Shown here in pieces: positions 38,307-45,956 of a DNA stretch of 64,000 bases (position 1 is its first letter; each line of letters begins with the position of its first letter). Both the position numbers and the translations under genes were made by a program. The notes beneath the pieces were generated by a model, which did not search any database, was not told where the DNA came from, and saw only the letters and a program-made list of their open reading frames with translations. The stretch lies in IMG/VR virus record IMGVR_UViG_3300013936_000023, positions 1 to 64,000 of that record; one strand, written 5' to 3'. The DNA is from a virus (lineage: Duplodnaviria; Caudoviricetes).

Positions 38307-39209
38307 ATGGACATTAAGGAAATTCTTAAAAAGCATAAGATGTGGCTTAACAACGAGATTGGTGGAAAGCGAGCAAACCTGCGTGATGCAGACCTGTGGG
38401 GTGCAGACTTGTGTGGCGTAAACCTGCGTGATGCAGACCTGCGTGGTGCAAACCTGCGTGGTGCAGACCTGAGTGGTGCAAACCTGTGGGATGCAGACCT
38501 GAGTGGTGCAGACCTGTGTTGTGCAGACCTGCGTGGTGCAAACCTGCGTGGTGCAAACCTGCGTGGTGCAAACCTGTGGGATGCAAGCCTGCGTGATGCA
38601 GACCTGCGTGGTGCAAGCCTGCGTGATGCAGACCTGCGTGGTGCAAGCCTGCGTGATGCAGACCTGTGTGGTGCAGACCTGCGTGGCGTAAACCTGCGTG
38701 ATGCAGACCTGTGGGGTGCAGACTTGTGTTGTGCAGACCTGTGGGGTGCAGACCTGTGTTGTGCAGACCTGCGTGGTGCAGACCTGCGTGATGCAGACCT
38801 GCGTGGTGCAAGCCTGCGTGGTGCAAACCTGCGTGGTGCAAAAAACCTCGATAACGTTACATGGTCGATTTATACGGCATTTTATCCGCTTCAGTGTCCA
38901 GAAGAAGGAGAGTATATCGCATGGAAAAAGGCTCATGGCAAGATTGTCAAACTTAAAATTACGGAATCAGCAAAGCGTTCTTCTGCAGTATCTCGAAAAT
39001 GTAGGGCAAGCGAAGCATTGGTTCTTGACATCCAATCTATTGACGGAATGGAACATCTTGAATCGGTTGCAAGTGATAGAGATTCTAATTTCATCTATCG
39101 TGTTGGCGAAATTGTTCGAGTAAATGATTTCGACGAAGATAGATGGAATGAGTGCTCGACTGGAATTCATCATTTTATCACTCGTGAAGAAGCTGTGAAA
39201 TACAACTAA
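38307..39209 (+). CDS. Pentapeptide-repeat protein with conserved C-terminal domain (DUF5758-like)
   Basis: 31 A(D/N/S)L(R/W/C/S)(G/D/C) units; C-terminus CPEEG...KCRASEA...ECSTGIHHF. Confidence 0.85.
   Translation: MDIKEILKKHKMWLNNEIGGKRANLRDADLWGADLCGVNLRDADLRGANLRGADLSGANLWDADLSGADLCCADLRGANLRGANLRGANLWDASLRDADLRGASLRDADLRGASLRDADLCGADLRGVNLRDADLWGADLCCADLWGADLCCADLRGADLRDADLRGASLRGANLRGAKNLDNVTWSIYTAFYPLQCPEEGEYIAWKKAHGKIVKLKITESAKRSSAVSRKCRASEALVLDIQSIDGMEHLESVASDRDSNFIYRVGEIVRVNDFDEDRWNECSTGIHHFITREEAVKYN
38373..38837 (+). repeat. 15-bp tandem coding repeat x31
   Basis: Consensus GCA-RAC-CTG-YGT-GRT. Confidence 0.9.
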
Positions 39210-39221
39210 GGAGAATCCATA

Positions 39222-39416
39222 ATGAACAAGAACCCCTGTTTCAAATGCGCAGACCGTTGTGTGGGTTGCCATGGCTCATGCGAGCGATATAGCGAATGGC
39301 GTAAAGCATATGAATCCAATGCCAACATCGTTCGCGAATCCAAGGCAAGAGCTACAGATTATCTTGCGGCTCGCCGTCAGCTTCAATTTACCAATACGGC
39401 AAAGTGGGGTGTGTGA
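39222..39416 (+). CDS. Small Cys-rich protein
   Basis: CFKCADRCVGCHGSC; RBS AAGGAG. Confidence 0.7.
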   Translation: MNKNPCFKCADRCVGCHGSCERYSEWRKAYESNANIVRESKARATDYLAARRQLQFTNTAKWGV

Positions 39417-40000
39417 TGGTGAGAGGCGAAAGAATCATGGTTGGAGCGATTGGCGTCTTGACTGTTGCAAGTATCGGCATTGGTTGCCGTGCGTATATGC
39501 TCAAGCCTGAGTTGCACGACGTATCGGCTGACCGCGTAACGTCCATGCCGGAGCCGATCTGGAAGCCAGAGTATGACATCCCGACAATTGAGTATGCGTA
39601 CATCACGGATGAGCAACTGGAGGCAATCGAGGCTCAGGAGGCTCAGAGCATCGAGGATGCGCTGTTGGCTCAGGCGACCAAGATTGACAATGTGACCGTG
39701 ACGCATTACTGCACGTGTAAGAAATGTTGTGGTAAGTCGCCTGACCATCCGGCATATGGCATCACGGCGTCGGGTCGCAAAGCCACGCCATACGTCACGG
39801 TTGCTGTTGACCCATCTGTGATTCCGCTTGGCTTCGATGTGCTGGTGGATTATGGCGATGGTGTGATTGAATACTATCGCGCGGACGATACTGGTTCAGG
39901 TGTTGGCGGCAGACATATCGACCTTTGCGTTTCGAGCCATGATGAGGCAATCAATCTTGGTGTAAGAACGGCAACGGTTTATGTTGTGCCGCAGGAATAA
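39416..40000 (+). CDS. 3D-domain (lytic transglycosylase-like) membrane-anchored protein
   Basis: N-terminal TM; VTHY...GITASG...VAVDP...ADDTG...HIDL. Confidence 0.8.
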   Translation: MVRGERIMVGAIGVLTVASIGIGCRAYMLKPELHDVSADRVTSMPEPIWKPEYDIPTIEYAYITDEQLEAIEAQEAQSIEDALLAQATKIDNVTVTHYCTCKKCCGKSPDHPAYGITASGRKATPYVTVAVDPSVIPLGFDVLVDYGDGVIEYYRADDTGSGVGGRHIDLCVSSHDEAINLGVRTATVYVVPQE

Positions 40001-40011
40001 GGAGGAGCAAG

Positions 40012-40278
40012 ATGCAAGAAACTTGTGTCGAATTTATCAAGGGCGAATCAACGCTGTCATGGTATAGCTCTGATAGCAAATGGATTACGCGTATGGTGCA
40101 GCTTGCCAATGAGCGGCCTGATGAGGTCAAGATTATTTGTAAGGATGAAGACGGGCTGATGGTACATTGTCCAGCATCGTGGTTCAAGCCGCCTAAGCCG
40201 CCTATTAAGCGCGAACTTACACCTGAACAGCGAGCAGAAGCAGCGGCACGACTCAAAGCCGCTCGTGAATCCAGATAA
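40012..40278 (+). CDS. Hypothetical protein
   Basis: 88 aa with RBS AAGGAGG; ELTPEQRAEAAARL tail. Confidence 0.7.
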   Translation: MQETCVEFIKGESTLSWYSSDSKWITRMVQLANERPDEVKIICKDEDGLMVHCPASWFKPPKPPIKRELTPEQRAEAAARLKAARESR

Positions 40279-40418
40279 ATAATCAGGATTTCGATTGCAA
40301 TTTGCAACGCTATGTTGTATTGGGTGTAATTTGATGGCTAAAATTTTCTTGCGAATTTGAGCTGAATTTTCTGATAAGTTGTGTGTGAAAAATATCTTAG
40401 AAAATTTTGAAAAAGGTA

Positions 40419-40447
40419 TTGACATAGAATCAAGGCTATGATACAAT
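40419..40447 (+). promoter_or_regulatory. SigmaA promoter of tRNA/ncRNA cluster
   Basis: TTGACA-17-TACAAT with extended -10 TG. Confidence 0.75.
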
Positions 40448-40558
40448 ACACGATGTCAGGAGGCAAGAGTCCTGACGTTGGGTGTGGTAAGGACAAAGCG
40501 AGAGGTAATGTTCTTCAACTCGAATGGCTGGTGAGAGGATAAATAATCCAGCCAAAAT

Positions 40559-40633
40559 CGGGGAGTAAGCCAATGATAGACGGCAGCATTTGGGATGCTG
40601 AGGTTGCAGGTTTGAGTCCTGCCTCTCCGACCA
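40559..40633 (+). tRNA. tRNA-Pro(TGG)
   Basis: Acceptor CGGGGAG/CTCTCCG, anticodon stem CAGCA/TGCTG with loop TTTGGGA, T-arm GCAGG-TTTGAGT-CCTGC, encoded CCA. D-arm is weak. Confidence 0.8.
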
Positions 40634-40634
40634 A

Positions 40635-40713
40635 GCCGTAAAATACGGCAAGTGTTCATGTTGTGGCTCTCCTTTCAAATTTGCATGGTGCTGGGCATCA
40701 CTTGAAACTGCCC
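40635..40713 (+). ncRNA. Small RNA candidate with anti-SD/anti-AUG linker
   Basis: Hairpin GCCGTA/TACGGC, then CAT-N7-CTCTCCTTTC, then hairpin GGGCA/TGCCC. Confidence 0.45.
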
Positions 40714-40723
40714 GTTGGGATAT

Positions 40724-40824
40724 GCAAGATGCGGTTGGCGCAGTTTGGTTCGATTCCGATTAACTGGTAGCGCAAGGCTACACCTGACGAGGAGGCAGCG
40801 GTGGTTCGACTCCACCATCTTGCG
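40724..40824 (+). ncRNA. tRNA-like RNA lacking an anticodon arm, with two T-loops
   Basis: Acceptor GCAAGAT/ATCTTGC stacked on GGTGG-TTCGACT-CCACC; internal long hairpin capped by TTCGATT. Confidence 0.6.
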
Positions 40825-40935
40825 GACAGTAAAGTCTTAAAAATCTTCATAACATGTTATTCCAGCGGAAAGTTAAAGAGGCTGGCGTTTAGACCTGCGT
40901 GCCTATCAATGGTGGTACGAAAAGCCATCAAATAT

Positions 40936-41009
40936 AGCCGATTAGGATAAAAGAAGTCCGGATGGCTTTGAACCATTAAGAGGCGGGGCGGTACCGTCAT
41001 CGGCCGCCA
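40936..41009 (+). tRNA. tRNA-Gln(TTG) with atypical T-loop
   Basis: A1/C72 mismatch plus 6-bp acceptor, D-stem GGAT/GTCC, anticodon loop CTTTGAA, T-stem GGCGG/CCGTC with loop GGCGGTA, CCA end. Confidence 0.7.
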
Positions 41010-41010
41010 G

Positions 41011-41100
41011 ATAAACATAGGGAACAATCAAGTCGCTCTTGGTTGAGATAACAGCGCTCCTTCGTTGGGCTATGTTTATAAAATAAATATATCTAAGGAG
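41011..41100 (+). promoter_or_regulatory. Three-way-junction/anti-SD leader of endonuclease gene
   Basis: P1 ATAAACATAG/CTATGTTTAT, P2 CAATCAAG/CTTGGTTG, P3 CAGCG/CGTTG. Loop CTCCTT is complementary to AAGGAG (41095-41100). Confidence 0.6.
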
Positions 41101-41110
41101 AGGTATTATA

Positions 41111-41791
41111 ATGAGTAAGCGTTGTGATAATGCTATCGGTAAAAGGGTTGGCATATATGATGTTTTATATAAATGCGACCATAGGGACAAAGACGGTCAT
41201 GAGTTATGTCATGTAAAATGCTCTGTGTGCGGGTGGGAGTCTAATATGAGGCTTTCTCAAATATCGAAAGCTAAGACTTGTACACACATATGTCTTGGAG
41301 GTAAGTTTGTACCAAAGTATTCTTGGAAGTCTCAAAGGCTTAGAAGAATATTTTCTAACATTAAAAGTAGATGCTATGACCCAAGCAACAAATCTTACCG
41401 TTGGTATGGCGGCAAAGGAATTGTCGTATGTGATGAATGGCTGTCAAATCCAGCTTCGTTTGAGGACTGGGCGTTACAAAATGGATATAGTGATGATTTA
41501 ACAATAGACAGGATTGATGAATCTCTTGGCTATTGTCCAGATAATTGTAGATGGATAACAGTCAAAGCTAATTCCAAATATAAATCTACGACAAGAGTTA
41601 TCTACGTAAACGGCGTTGGTCATACGGGAAGAGATTGGGCAAAGATTTTATGTCTTGGCACAAACGTCATCAACAAAATGATGAGAGAATACGACGAGGA
41701 TATTGTCGCAAGATTTATAAGAGCGAGAATGTACAATCCATCCTTAAAAACAAGAAATAAATCTTGGTTAAAGGTTTATGGTTTAATCTAA
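41111..41791 (+). CDS. HNH-type homing endonuclease
   Basis: IKSRCY...YGGKGIVVCDEW...LTIDRID...YCPDNCRW. Confidence 0.8.
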   Translation: MSKRCDNAIGKRVGIYDVLYKCDHRDKDGHELCHVKCSVCGWESNMRLSQISKAKTCTHICLGGKFVPKYSWKSQRLRRIFSNIKSRCYDPSNKSYRWYGGKGIVVCDEWLSNPASFEDWALQNGYSDDLTIDRIDESLGYCPDNCRWITVKANSKYKSTTRVIYVNGVGHTGRDWAKILCLGTNVINKMMREYDEDIVARFIRARMYNPSLKTRNKSWLKVYGLI

Positions 41792-41968
41792 ACAACGTTC
41801 TAAAAGCCAGTTTTGTTTTAGTGGATTTCTAAAAAGATTCTCAAATAACAAGAAAGATGCCGCAGCCACTGCGAAGTGTGGCAAGCAATCAAAGCTCGCC
41901 TCTCCATATACCGAGCTTGTATTAACGGTGTAGGTAGTTCACCGTTATAGTTCTGAGGGAGGCAATTT

Positions 41969-42045
41969 GCTATCATAGCTCAACTGGATAGAGCAGCGTT
42001 CTTATAAAGCGCAGGCCGGTTGTTCGAGTCAACCTGATAGCACCA
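41969..42045 (+). tRNA. tRNA with anticodon TAT (Ile-UAU) on an Arg-like body
   Basis: Full cloverleaf: GCTATCA/TGATAGC, GCTC-AACTGGATA-GAGC, GCGTT-CTTATAA-AGCGC, GGTTG-TTCGAGT-CAACC, ACCA. Confidence 0.85.
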
Positions 42046-42046
42046 C

Positions 42047-42145
42047 AGGCCAGTAAGCGGGCCTTCATAGTAAACCTCCTATAAAGTCGATGCGGTTAAG
42101 CAGCTCTGTGGTTCGGGGAAAACCATGGAGCTGTTGCCGCATTTT
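42047..42145 (+). ncRNA. Small RNA candidate with anti-SD/anti-AUG linker and terminator-like hairpin
   Basis: AGGCC/GGCCT hairpin, CAT-N5-ACCTCCT, then a long hairpin ATGCGG...CCGCAT followed by TTT. Confidence 0.5.
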
Positions 42146-42160
42146 CCTTGAAATTTATGC

Positions 42161-42189
42161 TTGACAAATAGCTCGACATATGCTATCAT
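42161..42189 (+). promoter_or_regulatory. SigmaA promoter of recombinase gene
   Basis: TTGACA-17-TATCAT with extended -10 TG. Confidence 0.7.
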
Positions 42190-42219
42190 AGCATCAGAAA
42201 ACAAAAGGAGGAATAAACA

Positions 42220-43050
42220 ATGAATAAGGCTTATGTTGATTATCTGGTTGGCGAGCAGAAGAGTAGCAACACCATCAAGGCGTATGTCAAGGATGTTGAG
42301 CAGATGCTTGACTATATTGGCAAGCTGGAGGAGAACATCAGCTATGCCGACCTCCTAAACTGGAAGGCGAGCATCAGCAGTATGGCGTCTGCAAGCGTCA
42401 ATCGCAAAATCGTGGCGGTCAGCGGGTACTTCAAGTTCCTGCATGATGTAGATGCCATCAGCACCAATCCTGCGGCGAACCTAAAGAGCGTCAAGGTCCA
42501 CAACAAGGAAAAGCTGGCTATGAGCCGCGAGGACATTTGCAAGATGCTCAACGCTTGCAAGAGCAACCGGCAGAAGGCCATGCTGTATACGCTTGGCGCG
42601 ACTGGTATGCGTGTGAGCGAGCTGACGGGGCTTGGCTATAAGCAGTACCGTGATCGTGTTGATAACCAGCTCGTTATCACAGGTAAGGGTGACAAGCAGC
42701 GCGTGGTTTATTTGAATCATCAGGCGGTCGAGGCTATCAACCTCTACATCCGTACTGAACGCAAGGCTGGCAGCGAGTTTCTGTTTGCCAGCTCTCAAGG
42801 CGGCAAAGTCGATGCTAACAATTTCGACAAAACGCTCAAGGCTTTGGCTCGTAAGGCTGGCGTCAAGAACGCGGATGCTGTTAGCGCTCATACGTTCCGC
42901 CATAGCTTTGCCACGATTCTTTTGAATGAGGGTCAGCCGATTGATGTTGTGTCGAAATTGCTTGGGCACAATAACATTCAGACCACGCTCATTTATGCAA
43001 AGCGCAATGCGCAGACGTTAAGAGCTGCGGGTGTGTCTGTATCGTTTTAG
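42220..43050 (+). CDS. Tyrosine recombinase (XerC/D-like integrase)
   Basis: GMRVSEL, GKGDK, HTFRH, LGH and TTLIY catalytic residues. Confidence 0.9.
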   Translation: MNKAYVDYLVGEQKSSNTIKAYVKDVEQMLDYIGKLEENISYADLLNWKASISSMASASVNRKIVAVSGYFKFLHDVDAISTNPAANLKSVKVHNKEKLAMSREDICKMLNACKSNRQKAMLYTLGATGMRVSELTGLGYKQYRDRVDNQLVITGKGDKQRVVYLNHQAVEAINLYIRTERKAGSEFLFASSQGGKVDANNFDKTLKALARKAGVKNADAVSAHTFRHSFATILLNEGQPIDVVSKLLGHNNIQTTLIYAKRNAQTLRAAGVSVSF

Positions 43051-43059
43051 GAGGACATA

Positions 43060-43977
43060 ATGAATTATAATTTTACCGATATGACCGGATGGAAAATGAA
43101 CGAGCACGGCGTTCCTGATAGTAGATGGACAGTTAAACGTTTCGTTGGCCTTAATAAGAGTGGCAAGGCTATGTGGGAATGCGAATGTTCTTGTGATAAG
43201 CACACTATCAAAACAGTTGAAGGAACGCTTTTGAGAGGTGGTCAAAGCAAGAGTTGTGGATGCTACCGTTTGGTTAGACGGCGTAAGAACCATGGATTCG
43301 TCGATATGACGGGTTGGGTTATGAAAGAACATGGTGTGCCAGAGAGTCGCCTTACCGCGTTGAGCTTGGCTGAACCATACATTGGCAATGACGGCCACAA
43401 GAGACAACAGTGGTTATGCCATTGTGAATGCGGCAACGAAATTATTGCGCTTGGATTTCATATTAGAAAGGGCGTTACGAAATCGTGTGGATGCTACCAC
43501 TCTGATGTTAGTGCTGAGCTTGGCCGTAGGACGGGCAAACTTAGAGTGACGCATGGCGAAAGTAATACGCGTTTGTATAAAGAGTGGCGCGGCATGAAGG
43601 TGCGGTGCAACAATCCAACAGACCAACATTGGCCAGATTACGGTGGCAGGGGCATTAGGCTATGCGATGAATGGAATGAATCGTATGAAGCGTTTGCCGA
43701 GTGGGCAAAAGCAAATGGATATGATGATAGTTTGACGATTGACCGCATTGATGTGAACGGTAACTATGAACCGTCGAACTGTCGATGGGTGACGCAGAAA
43801 GAGCAAAGTAATAATAAGAGAACCAACGTGTATTTGACGTATAAAGGTGAGACAAAAACGGCGGCGCAGTGGGCCGAAGAAATTGGCATGAATCCCATAA
43901 CGTTGCGTAGGAGAATCCAAAAAGGCTGGAGCGTTGAGGACGCTATCGAGAAGCCATTGAGAAGAAAATCGTTTTGA
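43060..43977 (+). CDS. HNH-type homing endonuclease with tandem CxC..SCGC domains
   Basis: Two WECEC/SCGC modules; MKVRCNNP...YGGRGI...TIDRIDVNGNYEPSNCRW. Confidence 0.8.
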   Translation: MNYNFTDMTGWKMNEHGVPDSRWTVKRFVGLNKSGKAMWECECSCDKHTIKTVEGTLLRGGQSKSCGCYRLVRRRKNHGFVDMTGWVMKEHGVPESRLTALSLAEPYIGNDGHKRQQWLCHCECGNEIIALGFHIRKGVTKSCGCYHSDVSAELGRRTGKLRVTHGESNTRLYKEWRGMKVRCNNPTDQHWPDYGGRGIRLCDEWNESYEAFAEWAKANGYDDSLTIDRIDVNGNYEPSNCRWVTQKEQSNNKRTNVYLTYKGETKTAAQWAEEIGMNPITLRRRIQKGWSVEDAIEKPLRRKSF

Positions 43978-44026
43978 ATGGCTCAATGCCGTTTGAATAA
44001 AATCAAAAATTGTAAAGGAGGTCTAT

Positions 44027-44293
44027 ATGCAAGATTATCCAGAGAGCATCATCAATGAGGTCGAACGCGAATGTTGTTATCAAGAGGATGATGTCGCTGA
44101 ATCGCTTGAAGCAATCCTTAATGAGACCCGCGAGCTGACGGATGCTTGCAGAGAATGGCTTGTTGCGCACGACCGATGTATTTATTGCGGCTCGAAATTG
44201 TACACTATGCGCGGCAGAGAATATCATTCAGAGGTTGACGCATACGAGCCATATTGTGAGAAATATTGCCCAATTTGTGATTTAGGAGGCTAA
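44027..44293 (+). CDS. Small Zn-ribbon protein
   Basis: CIYCG...CPICD; RBS AAAGGAGG. Confidence 0.7.
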   Translation: MQDYPESIINEVERECCYQEDDVAESLEAILNETRELTDACREWLVAHDRCIYCGSKLYTMRGREYHSEVDAYEPYCEKYCPICDLGG

Positions 44294-44294
44294 A

Positions 44295-44531
44295 ATGGAC
44301 GAAAAAGATAAGAAATTTGAAGAATCCATTCGAGAGAAAATCGGGACGATTTGCAAGCAGCAGTTCATGCTTGGGCTTATGGCAGGTCATCAGGCGGCAT
44401 GGGAGATTGCCGTTGAGCAGACCAAAGACATGACCAGCGCCAAGAAAATCAAGAAATTCCTCAAGGATAAGCTGGACATTGCGACGAGAGTAAAAGAACG
44501 CCGCCCAGAGGAGGTCAAGCATGAAGTATAA
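44295..44531 (+). CDS. Hypothetical protein
   Basis: 78 aa with RBS AGGAGG. Confidence 0.7.
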   Translation: MDEKDKKFEESIREKIGTICKQQFMLGLMAGHQAAWEIAVEQTKDMTSAKKIKKFLKDKLDIATRVKERRPEEVKHEV

Positions 44532-44799
44532 AGATTCGCTTATCCCAGTATATTTATTTGCTGGTGGCGTCCTGTTCTATACCATCGCCATGCCGTGTTT
44601 GGACAGCATTAGTTGTGTATTGCAGTCGGCTTGCAATCGTCTGGTGGCAAAATGGCAGATGGATTTGAATGAAGCTCAAGCCGAAAGCAATGCGGCTGTT
44701 GAGGTTATCCAGCCAGCCAGCCAGCAGAATACTCAAGCCATCGGTTTTGACCTTGGCTATACGGAGGGCAACGACGATGACTGGTGTGACAAGCGGTAA
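44521..44799 (+). CDS. Membrane-anchored hypothetical protein
   Basis: N-terminal TM; RBS GAGGAGG. Confidence 0.65.
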   Translation: MKYKDSLIPVYLFAGGVLFYTIAMPCLDSISCVLQSACNRLVAKWQMDLNEAQAESNAAVEVIQPASQQNTQAIGFDLGYTEGNDDDWCDKR

Positions 44800-44998
44800 G
44801 CAGCTCTGGAATATTGTATGCACACGATGCCAGTACCAGCGGCAATGCGACGAGCGATGCTGTGGGCAAGGCGGCCACCAGCATATCAAGGATGCCGTGA
44901 CGCGATACTATACGAGCCGTAGAGATTGCCCGTTGTGGATTGCATTTGAATCAGATAGGAGAAGCAAGAATGGCAAGCAAGAAGAAGATTGTGAATGA
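44777..44998 (+). CDS. Small Cys-rich protein
   Basis: Probable ATG at 44777 with GGAGG; CTRC...C...CC. Confidence 0.5.
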   Translation: MTGVTSGKQLWNIVCTRCQYQRQCDERCCGQGGHQHIKDAVTRYYTSRRDCPLWIAFESDRRSKNGKQEEDCE

Positions 44999-45662
44999 CG
45001 TAAACGAGTTTGGTGCACCGCCCGAGGATATGTTCTTTGGGCTGACGCTCAATGAGGGCCAGAAGATTTTCCGTGATGCTATCATGTCGGAAGATAAACA
45101 GGTGGTCATTGCCAATGCTGTTGCTGGTAGCGGCAAGACATTGATTGCTACGGCGTGTGCGAGGATGCTTCAGGCGTATCATGGCTATGACGGCGTGGTT
45201 TACGTGTTCAGCGCGAACCAAGAACAGGCATTAGGGTATAGGCCGGGAACAACTGAAGAAAAAATTTTAGATTACAGAGAACCTTTGGACGATGCTCTTA
45301 TCAAGCTCAACGAGGACCCCGTTCGTGCCATCAGCTCTGTGGATACAATCAAGATGGGCACGGCATGGATTGATGCTCGCCCGTCGACGTTTCTTCGTGG
45401 CGTAAACTTTAATCATAAAGTCGTCATCATTGATGAGTGCCAGAACTTCACTGTACCTGAAATCAAAAAGGTCATCAGCCGATGCGATGATGCTTGTAAG
45501 GTTATCCTTATTGGATGTTCGGCGCAGATTGATATCCCTGCTGACCGGTCATGTTTTGAGCGTCTGATTCAGTATCTTGGCGCATATGACTTTGTCAAGG
45601 TTTGTCATTTACCTGAGAGCTACAGAGGAAAATTATGTACAATCATTGACCGCTTCTTATAA
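44970..45662 (+). CDS. phoH: PhoH-like ATPase
   Basis: AVAGSGKT, FLRG, IIDECQN and GCSAQID motifs. Confidence 0.85.
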   Translation: MASKKKIVNDVNEFGAPPEDMFFGLTLNEGQKIFRDAIMSEDKQVVIANAVAGSGKTLIATACARMLQAYHGYDGVVYVFSANQEQALGYRPGTTEEKILDYREPLDDALIKLNEDPVRAISSVDTIKMGTAWIDARPSTFLRGVNFNHKVVIIDECQNFTVPEIKKVISRCDDACKVILIGCSAQIDIPADRSCFERLIQYLGAYDFVKVCHLPESYRGKLCTIIDRFL

Positions 45663-45670
45663 AATAATGC

Positions 45671-45699
45671 TTGACAATCCTCCTGTTTTATGGTACAAT
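45671..45699 (+). promoter_or_regulatory. SigmaA promoter with anti-SD spacer
   Basis: TTGACA-17-TACAAT; AATCCTCCT is complementary to downstream AGGGGGATT. Confidence 0.7.
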
Positions 45700-45731
45700 C
45701 CAAGTATCAACCAGATAGGGGGATTGATTTT

Positions 45732-45956
45732 ATGAACGACCTTGAGAAAGCGCTAAATTGCTATCAATGTGTTCTGGACGATGTTTGCTTTGGGTTGACG
45801 TGTACGGATTGCAATTTATACCAGCAGCAATATCTAAATGCGCAAGATGTTATGGAAGCAGCTATCCGGCGCATCCATCAGCTTGAAAAATCAAATCGCA
45901 ATTGGCGGCGTAAAGTCCAGAGATTGCGTAAAGAATTGAAGGAGGTAAAGTTATGA
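45732..45956 (+). CDS. Hypothetical protein
   Basis: MNDLEKALNCYQC...; coiled-coil C-terminus. Confidence 0.65.
   Translation: MNDLEKALNCYQCVLDDVCFGLTCTDCNLYQQQYLNAQDVMEAAIRRIHQLEKSNRNWRRKVQRLRKELKEVKL

Noticed and set aside
38286-38936. Repetitive minus-strand ORFs (CTTQV, HHAGL) and a CRISPR-like look of the 15-bp repeat
   Set aside because: These are alternative frames of the pentapeptide coding repeat; there are no unique spacers and no cas genes.
40456-40659. Minus-strand 67-aa ORF with a strong SD
   Set aside because: It runs antisense through tRNA-Pro and has no protein-like features. The SD/ATG pattern is better explained by the + strand sRNA, though a type I toxin-antitoxin pair cannot be fully excluded.
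40634-42145. HDV-like (theta) ribozymes at tRNA 3' ends
   Set aside because: I could not build the nested double pseudoknot with the conserved L3 and J4/2 residues by eye.
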